Below, piece by piece: positions 39,088-49,941 of a DNA stretch of 64,000 nt. The position numbers and the translations under genes are program-made. The notes under the pieces were generated by a model, which saw only the letters and a program-made list of their open reading frames with translations, had not been told where the DNA came from and made no database searches. The DNA is taken from contig CAVOVB010000001.1 in assembly GCA_963699755.1 (NCBI GenBank), positions 512,001-576,000 of the forward strand. Reading direction: 5' to 3'. Source of the stretch: an uncultured delta proteobacterium (GTDB taxonomy: Bacteria > Myxococcota_A > Polyangia > Polyangiales > Houyiibacteriaceae). Each line of letters begins with the position of its first letter. Positions within the stretch are counted from its first letter, which is position 1.

Positions 39088-39690
39088 CTAGCGGTTCTGC
39101 AACTCCCGCAGCACGCAGACGAGCTTTGCGGCCGCGATGGCGCGGTGGCTGATTTCGTTCTTCGTCTCGGGGCGGATCTCCGCCATCGTCTCCCTGTGGC
39201 CCGCGGGAACGAACAAAGGGTCATAACCGAATCCGTGGGCCCCCCTGGGTTCGCGGCCGATGCGCCCTTCACATGCACCTTCTGCGGTCGCGAGCTCCCG
39301 CCCTTTCTCGTCCACGACCACGATGGCGCAGCGGAATCGGGCTGTCCGTTGCTCGTCGCTGGTCCCCCTCAGCTCTTCGAGAAGCTTCTCGTTGTTTCGC
39401 GCGTCGGTGGCACCCTCCCCGGCATAACGCGCCGAGTGCACACCGGGCCGACCTCCAAGGGCGTCGACTTCGAGCCCACTGTCATCGGCCAAACAGGCGA
39501 CGCCGGCTAGCACCGCAATCTCGGTCGCCTTCTTGCGTGCGTTCCCGACAAAGGTGTTGCGGTCTTCCACGACCCGGATGGGCTCTGGCAAAGACGCCAT
39601 CGTCTCGAGCTCGAGCCCAGGCACGCCCTCCAGCAGCCGCTCGTACTCCCGCAGCTTTCCAGCGTTCATCGTAGCGATCAGAATGCGCAT
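39088..39690 (-). CDS. rdgB: dITP/XTP pyrophosphatase
   Basis: ATMNAGKLRE, ADDSGLEVDAL, GFGYDP, SHR. Confidence 0.95.
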   Translation of the reverse strand: MRILIATMNAGKLREYERLLEGVPGLELETMASLPEPIRVVEDRNTFVGNARKKATEIAVLAGVACLADDSGLEVDALGGRPGVHSARYAGEGATDARNNEKLLEELRGTSDEQRTARFRCAIVVVDEKGRELATAEGACEGRIGREPRGAHGFGYDPLFVPAGHRETMAEIRPETKNEISHRAIAAAKLVCVLRELQNR

Positions 39691-40439
39691 CAGGGCAGCA
39701 GGCGATCGAGGTCGATATCCAGGGCTCGAAGCGCACGGCGCTGTTCCTCAGCAAGCGCCGGCATCGCGACTAGCGCCAAGTCGATCATCTGATCGAGCTT
39801 CTCGCGCATGATCGGGGCGCCCTCTGCGGTGCCCTGCACCTCGACCACGGCACCGCGTGGCGTACCGACGACGTTCAGGTCGACTTCGGCATCCCGGTCT
39901 TCGGTGTAGCAAAGGTCCAGCATCGGCCGGTCTCCGAAAAGCCCCACACTGATCGCGGCAATCGGCTCGCGAACAACGCCCCTGTCGACCAGCCCCTTTG
40001 CGCGCAGCTGGTCGAGCGCGATCGCCGTCGCCACCATGCCGCCGGTAATCGACGCCGTCCGGGTCCCACCGTCGGCATCCAGCACGTCGCAATCCACCGT
40101 TATCAGCCGCTCGCCGAGTATTCCGAAATCGACCGCACCCCGAAGCGCGCGACCGACTAGGCGCTGAATCTCGGTCGTCCGTCCATCGACCCGACCGCTC
40201 CTTCCGTCGCGACGATTCCGCTCCGGATTGGCGCGCGGATGCATCGCGTATTCCGCGGTGAGCCAACCCTTGCCCGAGCCACGCATCCAATCGGGCACGC
40301 CTTCCGAGATCGAAGCTGCGATCAGAACGGTGGTTCCACCACAACGATAGAGCACAGATCCTTCCGGATTCCGCTGTACGTTCGTTTCGATCGAAACCGG
40401 TCGCAACGCGTCATAGGAGCGCCCGTCTGCTCTGCTCAT
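39690..40439 (-). CDS. rph: Ribonuclease PH
   Basis: GWLTAEYAM, GRTTEIQRLVGRALR, DCDVLDADGGTRTASITG, EVQGTAEG. Confidence 0.95.
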   Translation of the reverse strand: MSRADGRSYDALRPVSIETNVQRNPEGSVLYRCGGTTVLIAASISEGVPDWMRGSGKGWLTAEYAMHPRANPERNRRDGRSGRVDGRTTEIQRLVGRALRGAVDFGILGERLITVDCDVLDADGGTRTASITGGMVATAIALDQLRAKGLVDRGVVREPIAAISVGLFGDRPMLDLCYTEDRDAEVDLNVVGTPRGAVVEVQGTAEGAPIMREKLDQMIDLALVAMPALAEEQRRALRALDIDLDRLLP

Positions 40440-42376
40440 CCAACCCTCCACAGGGACGAACCACTAGTCGTTTGCAATGCGGCTGGCAACCAAACTTCGA
40501 ACGTCGTTCCCTGCGGGTGTCGGGCCTTGCAGGCAATGCTCCCGCCATGTGCGACCACGATCTGCTGCGTGAGCGGCAAGCCGAGGCCCGTGCCCCGCTC
40601 CTTCGTGGTGTAGAACAGGTCGAAGACGTGCTCGCGCTCTTCCTCTTTGATGCCCGCGCCTTCATCATGAACCTGAATTCGCACGCCGCTCTCGTAACGC
40701 GTTGCTTCGAGCTTGGCTGTTCCGCCGTCAGGCATCGCTTCGCGCGCATTGCGAAGCAGGTTGAGTAGCGCTTGGCGGAGCTGGGGCTCATCCATCGCTA
40801 CCGCCGGCAACTGCGATGCCAGGTCCAAGGAGAGCTCCACACCTGATGCATCCATCTCGCGCCGCACGAACTCGGCGGTATCACGCAGAAGATGGGTCGG
40901 ATCTTCCGGGGTGAGCGAGGGCTCGGGCAAGCGCGCCAGGCGCAAGTACTCCTCGGTGATGCTTTCGAGCCGCTCGAGCTCTCTCTGAATCGACTCCAGC
41001 AAGCGTTGACTCTCAGGGCCCACATCTCGGACTTCGTCACCGAGCATGTCGACGTTAAGACCGATGCTCGAAAGTGGATTCCGAACCTCGTGCGTGACGT
41101 GCGCCGCCATCCGACCGATGGCCGCCAGGCGCTCGGTTTGGATCAGACGGGACTTGGTAGCTATCGCGTCCGACACGTCGTCCGCGACGACCAGGACGCC
41201 GCGTGAACCGCGCTCCGCAATCTCGTCACCGAACGGCGTCACGAGCACGTCGACCAAGCGCTCGGTGAAGCCGGCGATTCGCTCACCTTCCAAGCTCAGG
41301 GCATCTCCGCCCCCTGCGACTTTGGCGATGGCGCGGCCGAGCGCCGGGAATCGGCGAAGCAGCGAGGTATCGTCGATCGAAGCGCCCACATCGCGGACAC
41401 CCACGCCGAGGATCCCTTCGGCCGCGGGATTGGTGGTCTTGACGATTCGATCGCTGTCGATGACCAGAATCGCCGCGCTCAGGGCCTCGACGATCTGCAC
41501 CTGCATCCGTTGAAGTCGCTGCTCGGCAAGCGCCGCCTCGCGCAAGCTCTGATCACGCGCCGCCAGCGCGCGGACCATCCGCTCGAACTCCGCCACGAGC
41601 TGGCCTAGCTCGTCGTTGCGCCTGATGTCGACCGCGCTCGAAAGGTCTCCACGCGCCACGGCCGCCACCCGCTCGTGAAGGAGCGGGATCGGTCGGAGCA
41701 GCCGCTGCGAAAGGAAAGTCACCGCAACGCCAACCATCAAGGCGAGCAATCCGAGCAGCCCGAGGAGAAAAGTCGCGCGCTCCGACTGCGCGGCCGCCAG
41801 CGCACTGGTTCGCGAAATTCGCTGCTGCACACTTTGTGAGGCGCGGTCGTAGTTGCGCTCGATGCGTTGCTCGGTGCCGCGAAGCTCCGTCAGGAGCCGG
41901 TCGATCACCTCCTGCTCCTCATCTTCCATGTTGAAGAGCTGCTCATACTGGACGTCGATCTCGCTGTAGGCCTTCGCGATTGCATCGAGCTCTCGGCGCA
42001 CCGAGCGAAGTGCCGCTGGCTGTCCGAGCTCCTGCGCAAGGGCCTCCGCATTCTCGATGCCGTCGTAGGCGCGCCGCAAGGTCGTCGGCCGAATTCGCAG
42101 CGCAGCCCGGAGCCACGATTTGGTCGGCGTGCTTCGTTCCGATTGAAGCGCGCGCTCAACCAGGTTGGCATAGACGCTCTGCGTCGCCTTCGCCTGGCTC
42201 AGGGTCAAGGCCAGGGGCAGGTATCCGTCTTCCAACAAGCCGAGCGTCTGCGACGTCCGATGGTGCTGCAAGAAGCTCAGGCCACCCACCACCCCAAAAG
42301 CGACGAGCACGACGATGTACCCCAGCACGATGCGAGTGGGAATCGTGAGCGACCGACGCTGACCCGGGCGAGCCAT
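40436..42376 (-). CDS. Sensor histidine kinase (two TM helices, HAMP, PAS, HisKA, HATPase)
   Basis: HEVRNPL, NLLRNA, DEGAGI, GTGLGL, HAMP RNDELGQL. Confidence 0.92.
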   Translation of the reverse strand: MARPGQRRSLTIPTRIVLGYIVVLVAFGVVGGLSFLQHHRTSQTLGLLEDGYLPLALTLSQAKATQSVYANLVERALQSERSTPTKSWLRAALRIRPTTLRRAYDGIENAEALAQELGQPAALRSVRRELDAIAKAYSEIDVQYEQLFNMEDEEQEVIDRLLTELRGTEQRIERNYDRASQSVQQRISRTSALAAAQSERATFLLGLLGLLALMVGVAVTFLSQRLLRPIPLLHERVAAVARGDLSSAVDIRRNDELGQLVAEFERMVRALAARDQSLREAALAEQRLQRMQVQIVEALSAAILVIDSDRIVKTTNPAAEGILGVGVRDVGASIDDTSLLRRFPALGRAIAKVAGGGDALSLEGERIAGFTERLVDVLVTPFGDEIAERGSRGVLVVADDVSDAIATKSRLIQTERLAAIGRMAAHVTHEVRNPLSSIGLNVDMLGDEVRDVGPESQRLLESIQRELERLESITEEYLRLARLPEPSLTPEDPTHLLRDTAEFVRREMDASGVELSLDLASQLPAVAMDEPQLRQALLNLLRNAREAMPDGGTAKLEATRYESGVRIQVHDEGAGIKEEEREHVFDLFYTTKERGTGLGLPLTQQIVVAHGGSIACKARHPQGTTFEVWLPAALQTTSGSSLWRVG

Positions 42377-42509
42377 AGCGTGATCCTAAACCTGCTCGCC
42401 AACCCTGGCGAGGATCCCGGCCCGGGGGGCAAAACCCATGCGAAAACCGCGCACAAAACCGGGCTAACGGCCCTCATCCGTGCTTCGGTTCACCGCGACG
42501 ACCGGTCGA

Positions 42510-44196
42510 TGAAGTGGCGTCATCCGCCCGAGCTTACGTTTGGGGATAGGATCACGGGTTGCACCTTCATCTTTCCGCAGTGTAGTGGAGGGGCCTGCTT
42601 CAGCACAGCCGGTTCCGATTGCATCCAGGGGACTGACGACACCGACATTATCTTCGCCTTGGGGGGGCGACGATTGCATCTGCGGCGAAGCCGGTGGCGA
42701 CCAGGTGCTCGACGGGAACGCCGACAATGACGCGCTTGACGGCGGTACGGGCAGCAACACTGTGAACGGAGACTCTGGCCTCGATCGCTGCGTGGACTTC
42801 AGGATTACCGATGACAGCTGCGAGCTCCTCACCCGTGCAACCTCGCATCAGTCAGCGCGTTAAGCCACCGAGGCTGGTCCATCGTCCGCTGGGTTGCTTC
42901 TTCGGAAGCTGGCACCGTGGCTTCTCCCTCTACCGCGAAGTCGATGGCGAGTTGGAAGCGATTCACGAAGGGCTGCTGCCCGGCCTGCTGGATGCCCCTC
43001 AGGGCGGGGTCGATGGCTTCCGCGACGACGGCGCCGACGCAAGCGAAACAGCGCGATACTTCCTGGTCGAGGTCGACGTGCGAGGCGCAAAATCAGAGCT
43101 CGGTCCCTTCGAGGTCAGCTTCGCCTCCGGAGACGAAACGCTCCTCGAGCGGAGCGCGCTCTTGGCACGCCAAGCCCACGAGCTGGGCCGGATCGGGACG
43201 AGCAACTTCGACGGCGCCGTCCGCGTCAGGCAACCTTCAGTGCTGTGGTGCTCGTCGGCAAAGGCTCGTTCGACTACCGCGACATCATGAGCCGTGGTGG
43301 GAACCTCCTCCCAGCGCTCATGCGGCGGGCGCAGAATGGCCTTCTCTCCTCGGACACTGCCTTCGCCGATTTCCTCGGGGACGATGGCATGCCAGACAGG
43401 ACTCGCTCGACGCCTTGCCGGACGACGTCACGCTACTCGCCGATGCGACCCTTCCCAGCGTAATTTCGGGGCGTCCAGCGACTCCGTCAGTGAAGCTCTC
43501 CCGGCCAACTGGAACGCGACCGCCGTGTACTGATCCGAGCTAGGTGATTTGGGATCGACCCGCGCCCTGTTCTTCGACGAGGTTCGCAAGAGACCCCGCC
43601 TGGTGAGCTACTTCGGTCATTCCGGGACTCAAGCGTTCGGATCCACCGAGAGACTCTTGACCATCGAAGGCCTGGAAACGATGACGATCGACGAGTCACA
43701 GCCATCGTTTTCCAACATGACCTGCCTATCGTCGCGGTTCGCGGTACCGGGTCTCGTTTCGCTCGGCGAAGCGCTCTTGCTCGACGACCGGGCGGCCGTC
43801 GCAGTTTGGGGTCCGTCGGGCGTGTCGATCGACGAGCAAGCGACCTTGTTGGCCCGCAGGCTGTTGAATGAGCTGAGCTCGGGAGAAGAAACGCGAATCG
43901 GTCTCATGATCAATCGCGCCTTTCCGGTGCTTGCTGAAACGGAGTGCGGTCGCGAGATGATCGGGATTTACCATCTGTTCGGGAATCCGGCGCTACGCGT
44001 GGTCGAATCGGAGGACCGGGGCGGCCCCAACGACCCGACCGATCCAGCTAGCACAGGCTTTGACAGCGGCGGTGCCGGGAGCTGTTCGGTCGACTGGTCA
44101 CGACCCAGCACCGAGGTTCCATTCCTCTTCCTGTTGAGCGTCCTGGCGCTTGCTTGGCGACGGCGACGCAGCGCTGCGTTGCGCTCAAACCGATAG
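42510..44196 (+). pseudogene. Fragmented surface protein: RTX-like Ca-binding repeats, C25 (gingipain-like) peptidase domain, MYXO-CTERM-like tail
   Basis: GTDDTDIIFALG / GDDCICGEAGGD repeats; VVLVGKGSFDYRD..DFLGDDGMPD; SYFGHSG, NMTCLS, SLGEALL, YHLFGNPAL; GSCSV..LALAWRRRR; several stops and frameshifts; 5' limit approximate. Confidence 0.7.
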
Positions 44197-44251
44197 GGAG
44201 AGACGACGGCCCCGGGACGGTCTTGGCCCGGGCGCCAGCTTTGCGCCGGCT

Positions 44252-45919
<1,668 letters not shown>

Positions 45920-46033
45920 CTAGAGCATTGCGCGTTGCGCGTTGCGCGCAACAGGCGGACCCTAGAGGCCCGGCCCAATGGTGTCAACGCGACTCTGGCT
46001 CGAACTTGCCGATACCGTGATTGTGCAGATTTT

Positions 46034-47212
46034 CTAGCGCTGCGACTCCGGCGAATCGACTGGTTCCGCAATGAGGGAAGCACGCGTGACACCCGTCGAC
46101 CCAAAGCGTTCGCGGAGCGCACGCGTCGTTGCTGCCAATCGCTCCCGCCGCTCTCGGTCGACGTCGGGAAAGAGCTCGGCGTCCGGCTCTTTGGTCAGCG
46201 ACGAAACCGAAACCCCGGTGAGACGCACGCCCTCGTCGATCGCCTCGAAGCGCGAGAGCAACTCACTCGCGGTTCGAAAGATCGCATCGGTGTCAGAGAT
46301 CGCCCGAGGAAGGCAAGCCTGCCGGGTTCGAATGCGATGATCGCCGTACTTGATCTTCAGGGTGACGACCCGTGCCCAGAGCCCCTTGTTCACGAGACGG
46401 TCGGCGACCTCCATCGACTGCCGCAAGATTGGCTTGAGCAGTGCATCCATAGTCGTGAGATCCTGCTCGAAGGTAGCCTCGCTGCCGAGGCTCTTCGGCG
46501 GCACCCCGACGACCACGGGCCGCTCATCGATCCCGCGCGCAAGCTCTCGCGCGACCGATCCCCAGCTCCCCATGAGGTGCTCGAGCGTCCGCAGGTCCGC
46601 GCGGGCTAGGTCTCCGATCGTCTGTAGACCTGCCGCCCGGAGCCTCACCCTCGCCTTGGGCCCGACCCGCCACATACGTTCGAGTGGCAGCGGAGCGAGG
46701 AAGTCGGCGGCTCCGCCCTCCGGGACGACAGTCAGCCCATCGGGCTTATCGAGGTCGCTTGCGATTTTGGCGACGAACTTGTTCGAGGCGACACCTGCCG
46801 ACCCGGTGAGTCCGATCTCCGAGCGCACGTCATCCCTTATCCGACGCGCGATTTCCGGCCCGTCCCCAAAGAGCTTCCGGCTAGCGGTCACGTCGAGGAA
46901 CGCCTCATCCACCGACAGCCCTTCGACCTCTGGCGTATAGCGCCGAAAAACAGCAAAAACCTGGGCACTGAGCTCGGAATAGCGGGCGCGCCGCGGGGGA
47001 ACGACAATGGCGTCGGGGCAACGTCGCAGCGCCTCCACCATCGACATCGCCGAGCGAACCCCGGCCGGGCGCGCCTCATAAGAGGCCGCCGTAACGACCC
47101 CTCTCCGCGAGCGAGCGCCAACCAAGACGGGCCTCCCGCGCAATTCCGGGGCGTCCAGCTGCTCCGCCGACGCAAAAAACGCGTCCATGTCGAAGTGGAT
47201 GACTGTACGCAT
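46034..47212 (-). CDS. dinB: DNA polymerase IV
   Basis: HFDMDAFFAS, ASYEAR, SVDEAFLD, AKIASDLDKPDG. Confidence 0.95.
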   Translation of the reverse strand: MRTVIHFDMDAFFASAEQLDAPELRGRPVLVGARSRRGVVTAASYEARPAGVRSAMSMVEALRRCPDAIVVPPRRARYSELSAQVFAVFRRYTPEVEGLSVDEAFLDVTASRKLFGDGPEIARRIRDDVRSEIGLTGSAGVASNKFVAKIASDLDKPDGLTVVPEGGAADFLAPLPLERMWRVGPKARVRLRAAGLQTIGDLARADLRTLEHLMGSWGSVARELARGIDERPVVVGVPPKSLGSEATFEQDLTTMDALLKPILRQSMEVADRLVNKGLWARVVTLKIKYGDHRIRTRQACLPRAISDTDAIFRTASELLSRFEAIDEGVRLTGVSVSSLTKEPDAELFPDVDRERRERLAATTRALRERFGSTGVTRASLIAEPVDSPESQR

Positions 47213-47280
47213 GTGCTCTGTTGGGACCCTACCTCAACAGGTCTTGATCGCCAGCGCGATCAAACGTACCGTCCGGCGCT

Positions 47281-48282
47281 ATGGCTGAATCGGGTAACGA
47301 CAACCCTTATGAAGGTCCCTGGGGGCCCCTGCGACGGATAGACGACTGGATCTTCCATGTGGAGATGGGGGTCTTGTGGACCTTCCTCGGTGTCTCGGCG
47401 GTCATGGTCTTTCTCGACGTCGTATACCGGCGTCTCGCGGCGCCCGATAGCAAGGTCGCCGAGCTCACCGCTCGGGTCCTCCGCATCGAAAGTCCCGAAG
47501 CGATGGACACCCTGACCACCATCGGTCCGATCGTGACCTCGATCATCGGCGTGGGCCTCGTCTACTTCGCCTTTTGGACCGCCGAGAAGCATGCGTCCGA
47601 GGGCCGAGAGCAGTCGCGCATCAAGCCGCTCATCGAAACCGCCGCCGCCTGCGCCGGCCTGGGCCTCCTCGGTTGGATCATGCTCCAGCCTCGAGTCGAG
47701 TCACGCTGGTTCTATCTGCTTCTCTACGCGCTTTGTTCTGCGGTATGGCTCTTCACTCTGCTCCGGGGGCGTGCAGCCGGTTGGGTCAGCAAGCTCATCG
47801 CCTTCGTGGTGGTCACCGCACTGTACCTGTACATCACGTTCAACTTCTTCCCCGACGGGTACAGCTGGTCCAAGGAGCTTTCGCTCATCATGCTCCTTTG
47901 GGTCGGCTTTCTCGGTGCAAGCGTTTGCGCGCACGAGGGCAAGCACATTCAAGTGGGCGCGCTCAAGAAGGTCGTGCCCCCGTCGATGTCCCGGTTCTCC
48001 GATGCAATCGGCTACCTCCTGACCGCTGGGTTCTGCTTTTTCATGGCGTTGTTGGGCTACGAGTACGCGGCGGAGGCGATTCAGCTCGAGGGCCGATTCG
48101 AGCAGACCAACATTCCCGACTGGGTGGCAACGATCGCCGTTCCTGCGGCGTTCGCCATGACGATGATTCGCTACATCGGCGCAGCCTTCAGCTCGATCAT
48201 GGGCGGCTCGTACGGTGCCGCTCCCGAAGAAGAAGCCGTGGTCGCTGCGACCCAGGTTTCCAAGAAGGGAGCGGAAGGATGA
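47281..48282 (+). CDS. dctQ: TRAP transporter small permease, enlarged by extra TM helices
   Basis: WSKELSLIMLLWVGFLGAS..GKHI motif; directly upstream of dctM. Confidence 0.75.
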   Translation: MAESGNDNPYEGPWGPLRRIDDWIFHVEMGVLWTFLGVSAVMVFLDVVYRRLAAPDSKVAELTARVLRIESPEAMDTLTTIGPIVTSIIGVGLVYFAFWTAEKHASEGREQSRIKPLIETAAACAGLGLLGWIMLQPRVESRWFYLLLYALCSAVWLFTLLRGRAAGWVSKLIAFVVVTALYLYITFNFFPDGYSWSKELSLIMLLWVGFLGASVCAHEGKHIQVGALKKVVPPSMSRFSDAIGYLLTAGFCFFMALLGYEYAAEAIQLEGRFEQTNIPDWVATIAVPAAFAMTMIRYIGAAFSSIMGGSYGAAPEEEAVVAATQVSKKGAEG

Positions 48283-49877
48283 ACCAGGTCCGAGAGCGCA
48301 AGCTTCCACTCCTCATCATGATCGCGATCATCGTCTTCCTGCCGTTCCTCGGCAAGGGCGGTATTCTCGCATCCGCGATCATCGCCGCAGCACTCGTAGG
48401 TGCGCCGCTTTTCGTTCTGATCGGTATCGCTACCCTCGGCAGCCTCTTCCTTTGGAGCGGTTTCCGGGAGCCGATCCAATTCACGATCGTCATCGAAGGC
48501 ATTCGGAGCCTTGCGGACAGCCCTACCCTCCTCGCGATCCCGTTCTTCATCATGAGCGGCGCGGTCATGAGCCGCGGGCAGATCAGCCAGCGCCTGGTCG
48601 ACTTTGCGCAGGCGCTCATCGGCTGGGTCCCGGGGGGCATGGCGATGAGCGGCGTCATCGCGTGCATGCTCTTCGCAGCGATCAGCGGCTCGAGCCCGGC
48701 CACCGTCGTCGCGATCGGGACCATGATGGGGCCTGCCCTCATCGCCGAAGGTTACCGAGAGCGTTTCTCTCACGGCTTGCTCACCTCGGCGGGTTCGCTG
48801 GGCATTCTGATTCCGCCATCGATCCCGATGATCGTGTACCCGATCGTGAACCAGACGGCAGTGATCGAAGTCGAGCGCCTCTTCGCTTCGGGCTTCGGCC
48901 CTGGCATCGTCATGGGCTCGATCCTGATCGGCTACTCTTTCTACCATGGCATGGTCGACAAGATCCCGACCTCGCCATTCAAGTTCAAGCGGCTCGCAGC
49001 CGCTACCCGGGATGGCTTCTGGGCCTTGATGTTCCCGCTCCTGATCCTCGGCGGCATTTACGGCGGTATCTTCAACGCGGTTGAGGCCTCTGCCGTCAGC
49101 GTCGCATACGCGGTCCTGGTCGAGGTCTGGCTGCACCGAGCGCTCAAGCTCAAAGACATCCCCGCCATCTTCGGCGAGACCGGCGTATTCCTAGGTTCCT
49201 TCCTGGTCATCATGGTCATGGCGCTGGCGCTCGGCGAGTTCCTCGAAAAGGAGGAGATCCCAGCGCTCATGGTCGAGTGGATTCAGGGCAAGGACCTCGA
49301 GCACTGGCAGTTCCTCATCCTGCTCAACCTGATCCTTCTCGCTGTCGGCATGATGATGGACATCCTCAGCGCGATGTTCGTCTTTGTCCCGCTCTTGGCG
49401 CCGATCGCCGCTTCGATGGGCGTCGACCCGATGCACTTCGGCATCATCTTCATCGTCAACTTGGAGATCGGCTACCTGACGCCGCCCGTCGGCCTGAACC
49501 TCTTCGTTGCAAGCGCGCTCTACGAGAAGGGACTCGGTCACATCATTCGAAGCGTTGCGCCGTTCGTGGGCCTGATGCTGATCGGCCTCGCCCTCATCAC
49601 CTGGTACCCGCAGATCTCGATCGGTCTCGGCAACGCGATCATGGGCGCGGACCCCAACGCCCTGGTCGACGAAGACGGGGACGGCGAAGATGACCGCGGC
49701 GCGGATGCCGGCGGCATGCCCACCATGGAAGAAATGATGCAGGAAGCCATGGAAGCCGACGACGCCGACGAGGAGGAGGACCTCGAGGACGAGGACCTCG
49801 AGGACGAGGACTTCGAGGACGAAGAGCTCGAGGATGAAGAAGTCGAAGGAGCACCAGACCCCCAACAAGGACAGTAG
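48279..49877 (+). CDS. dctM: TRAP transporter large permease with acidic C-terminal tail
   Basis: LLAIPFF, FAAISGSSPAT, LGILIPPSIPMI, EIGYLTPPVGLNLF. Confidence 0.92.
   Translation: MNQVRERKLPLLIMIAIIVFLPFLGKGGILASAIIAAALVGAPLFVLIGIATLGSLFLWSGFREPIQFTIVIEGIRSLADSPTLLAIPFFIMSGAVMSRGQISQRLVDFAQALIGWVPGGMAMSGVIACMLFAAISGSSPATVVAIGTMMGPALIAEGYRERFSHGLLTSAGSLGILIPPSIPMIVYPIVNQTAVIEVERLFASGFGPGIVMGSILIGYSFYHGMVDKIPTSPFKFKRLAAATRDGFWALMFPLLILGGIYGGIFNAVEASAVSVAYAVLVEVWLHRALKLKDIPAIFGETGVFLGSFLVIMVMALALGEFLEKEEIPALMVEWIQGKDLEHWQFLILLNLILLAVGMMMDILSAMFVFVPLLAPIAASMGVDPMHFGIIFIVNLEIGYLTPPVGLNLFVASALYEKGLGHIIRSVAPFVGLMLIGLALITWYPQISIGLGNAIMGADPNALVDEDGDGEDDRGADAGGMPTMEEMMQEAMEADDADEEEDLEDEDLEDEDFEDEELEDEEVEGAPDPQQGQ
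49770..49844 (+). repeat. Five 15-bp tandem coding repeats (EDEDL-like)
   Basis: Consensus GAGGACGAGGACCTC, five imperfect copies. Confidence 0.85.
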
Positions 49878-49941
49878 CCCGACGACTCCGGGCTGAGCAC
49901 GGCTGCGCGAGGCGGAGAGCCGTGATAGGCTCGCTCGCCCG

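Noticed and set aside
49878..49941. ffs (SRP RNA) expected upstream of dnaX
   Set aside because: Gap is only 64 bp with no SRP motif.
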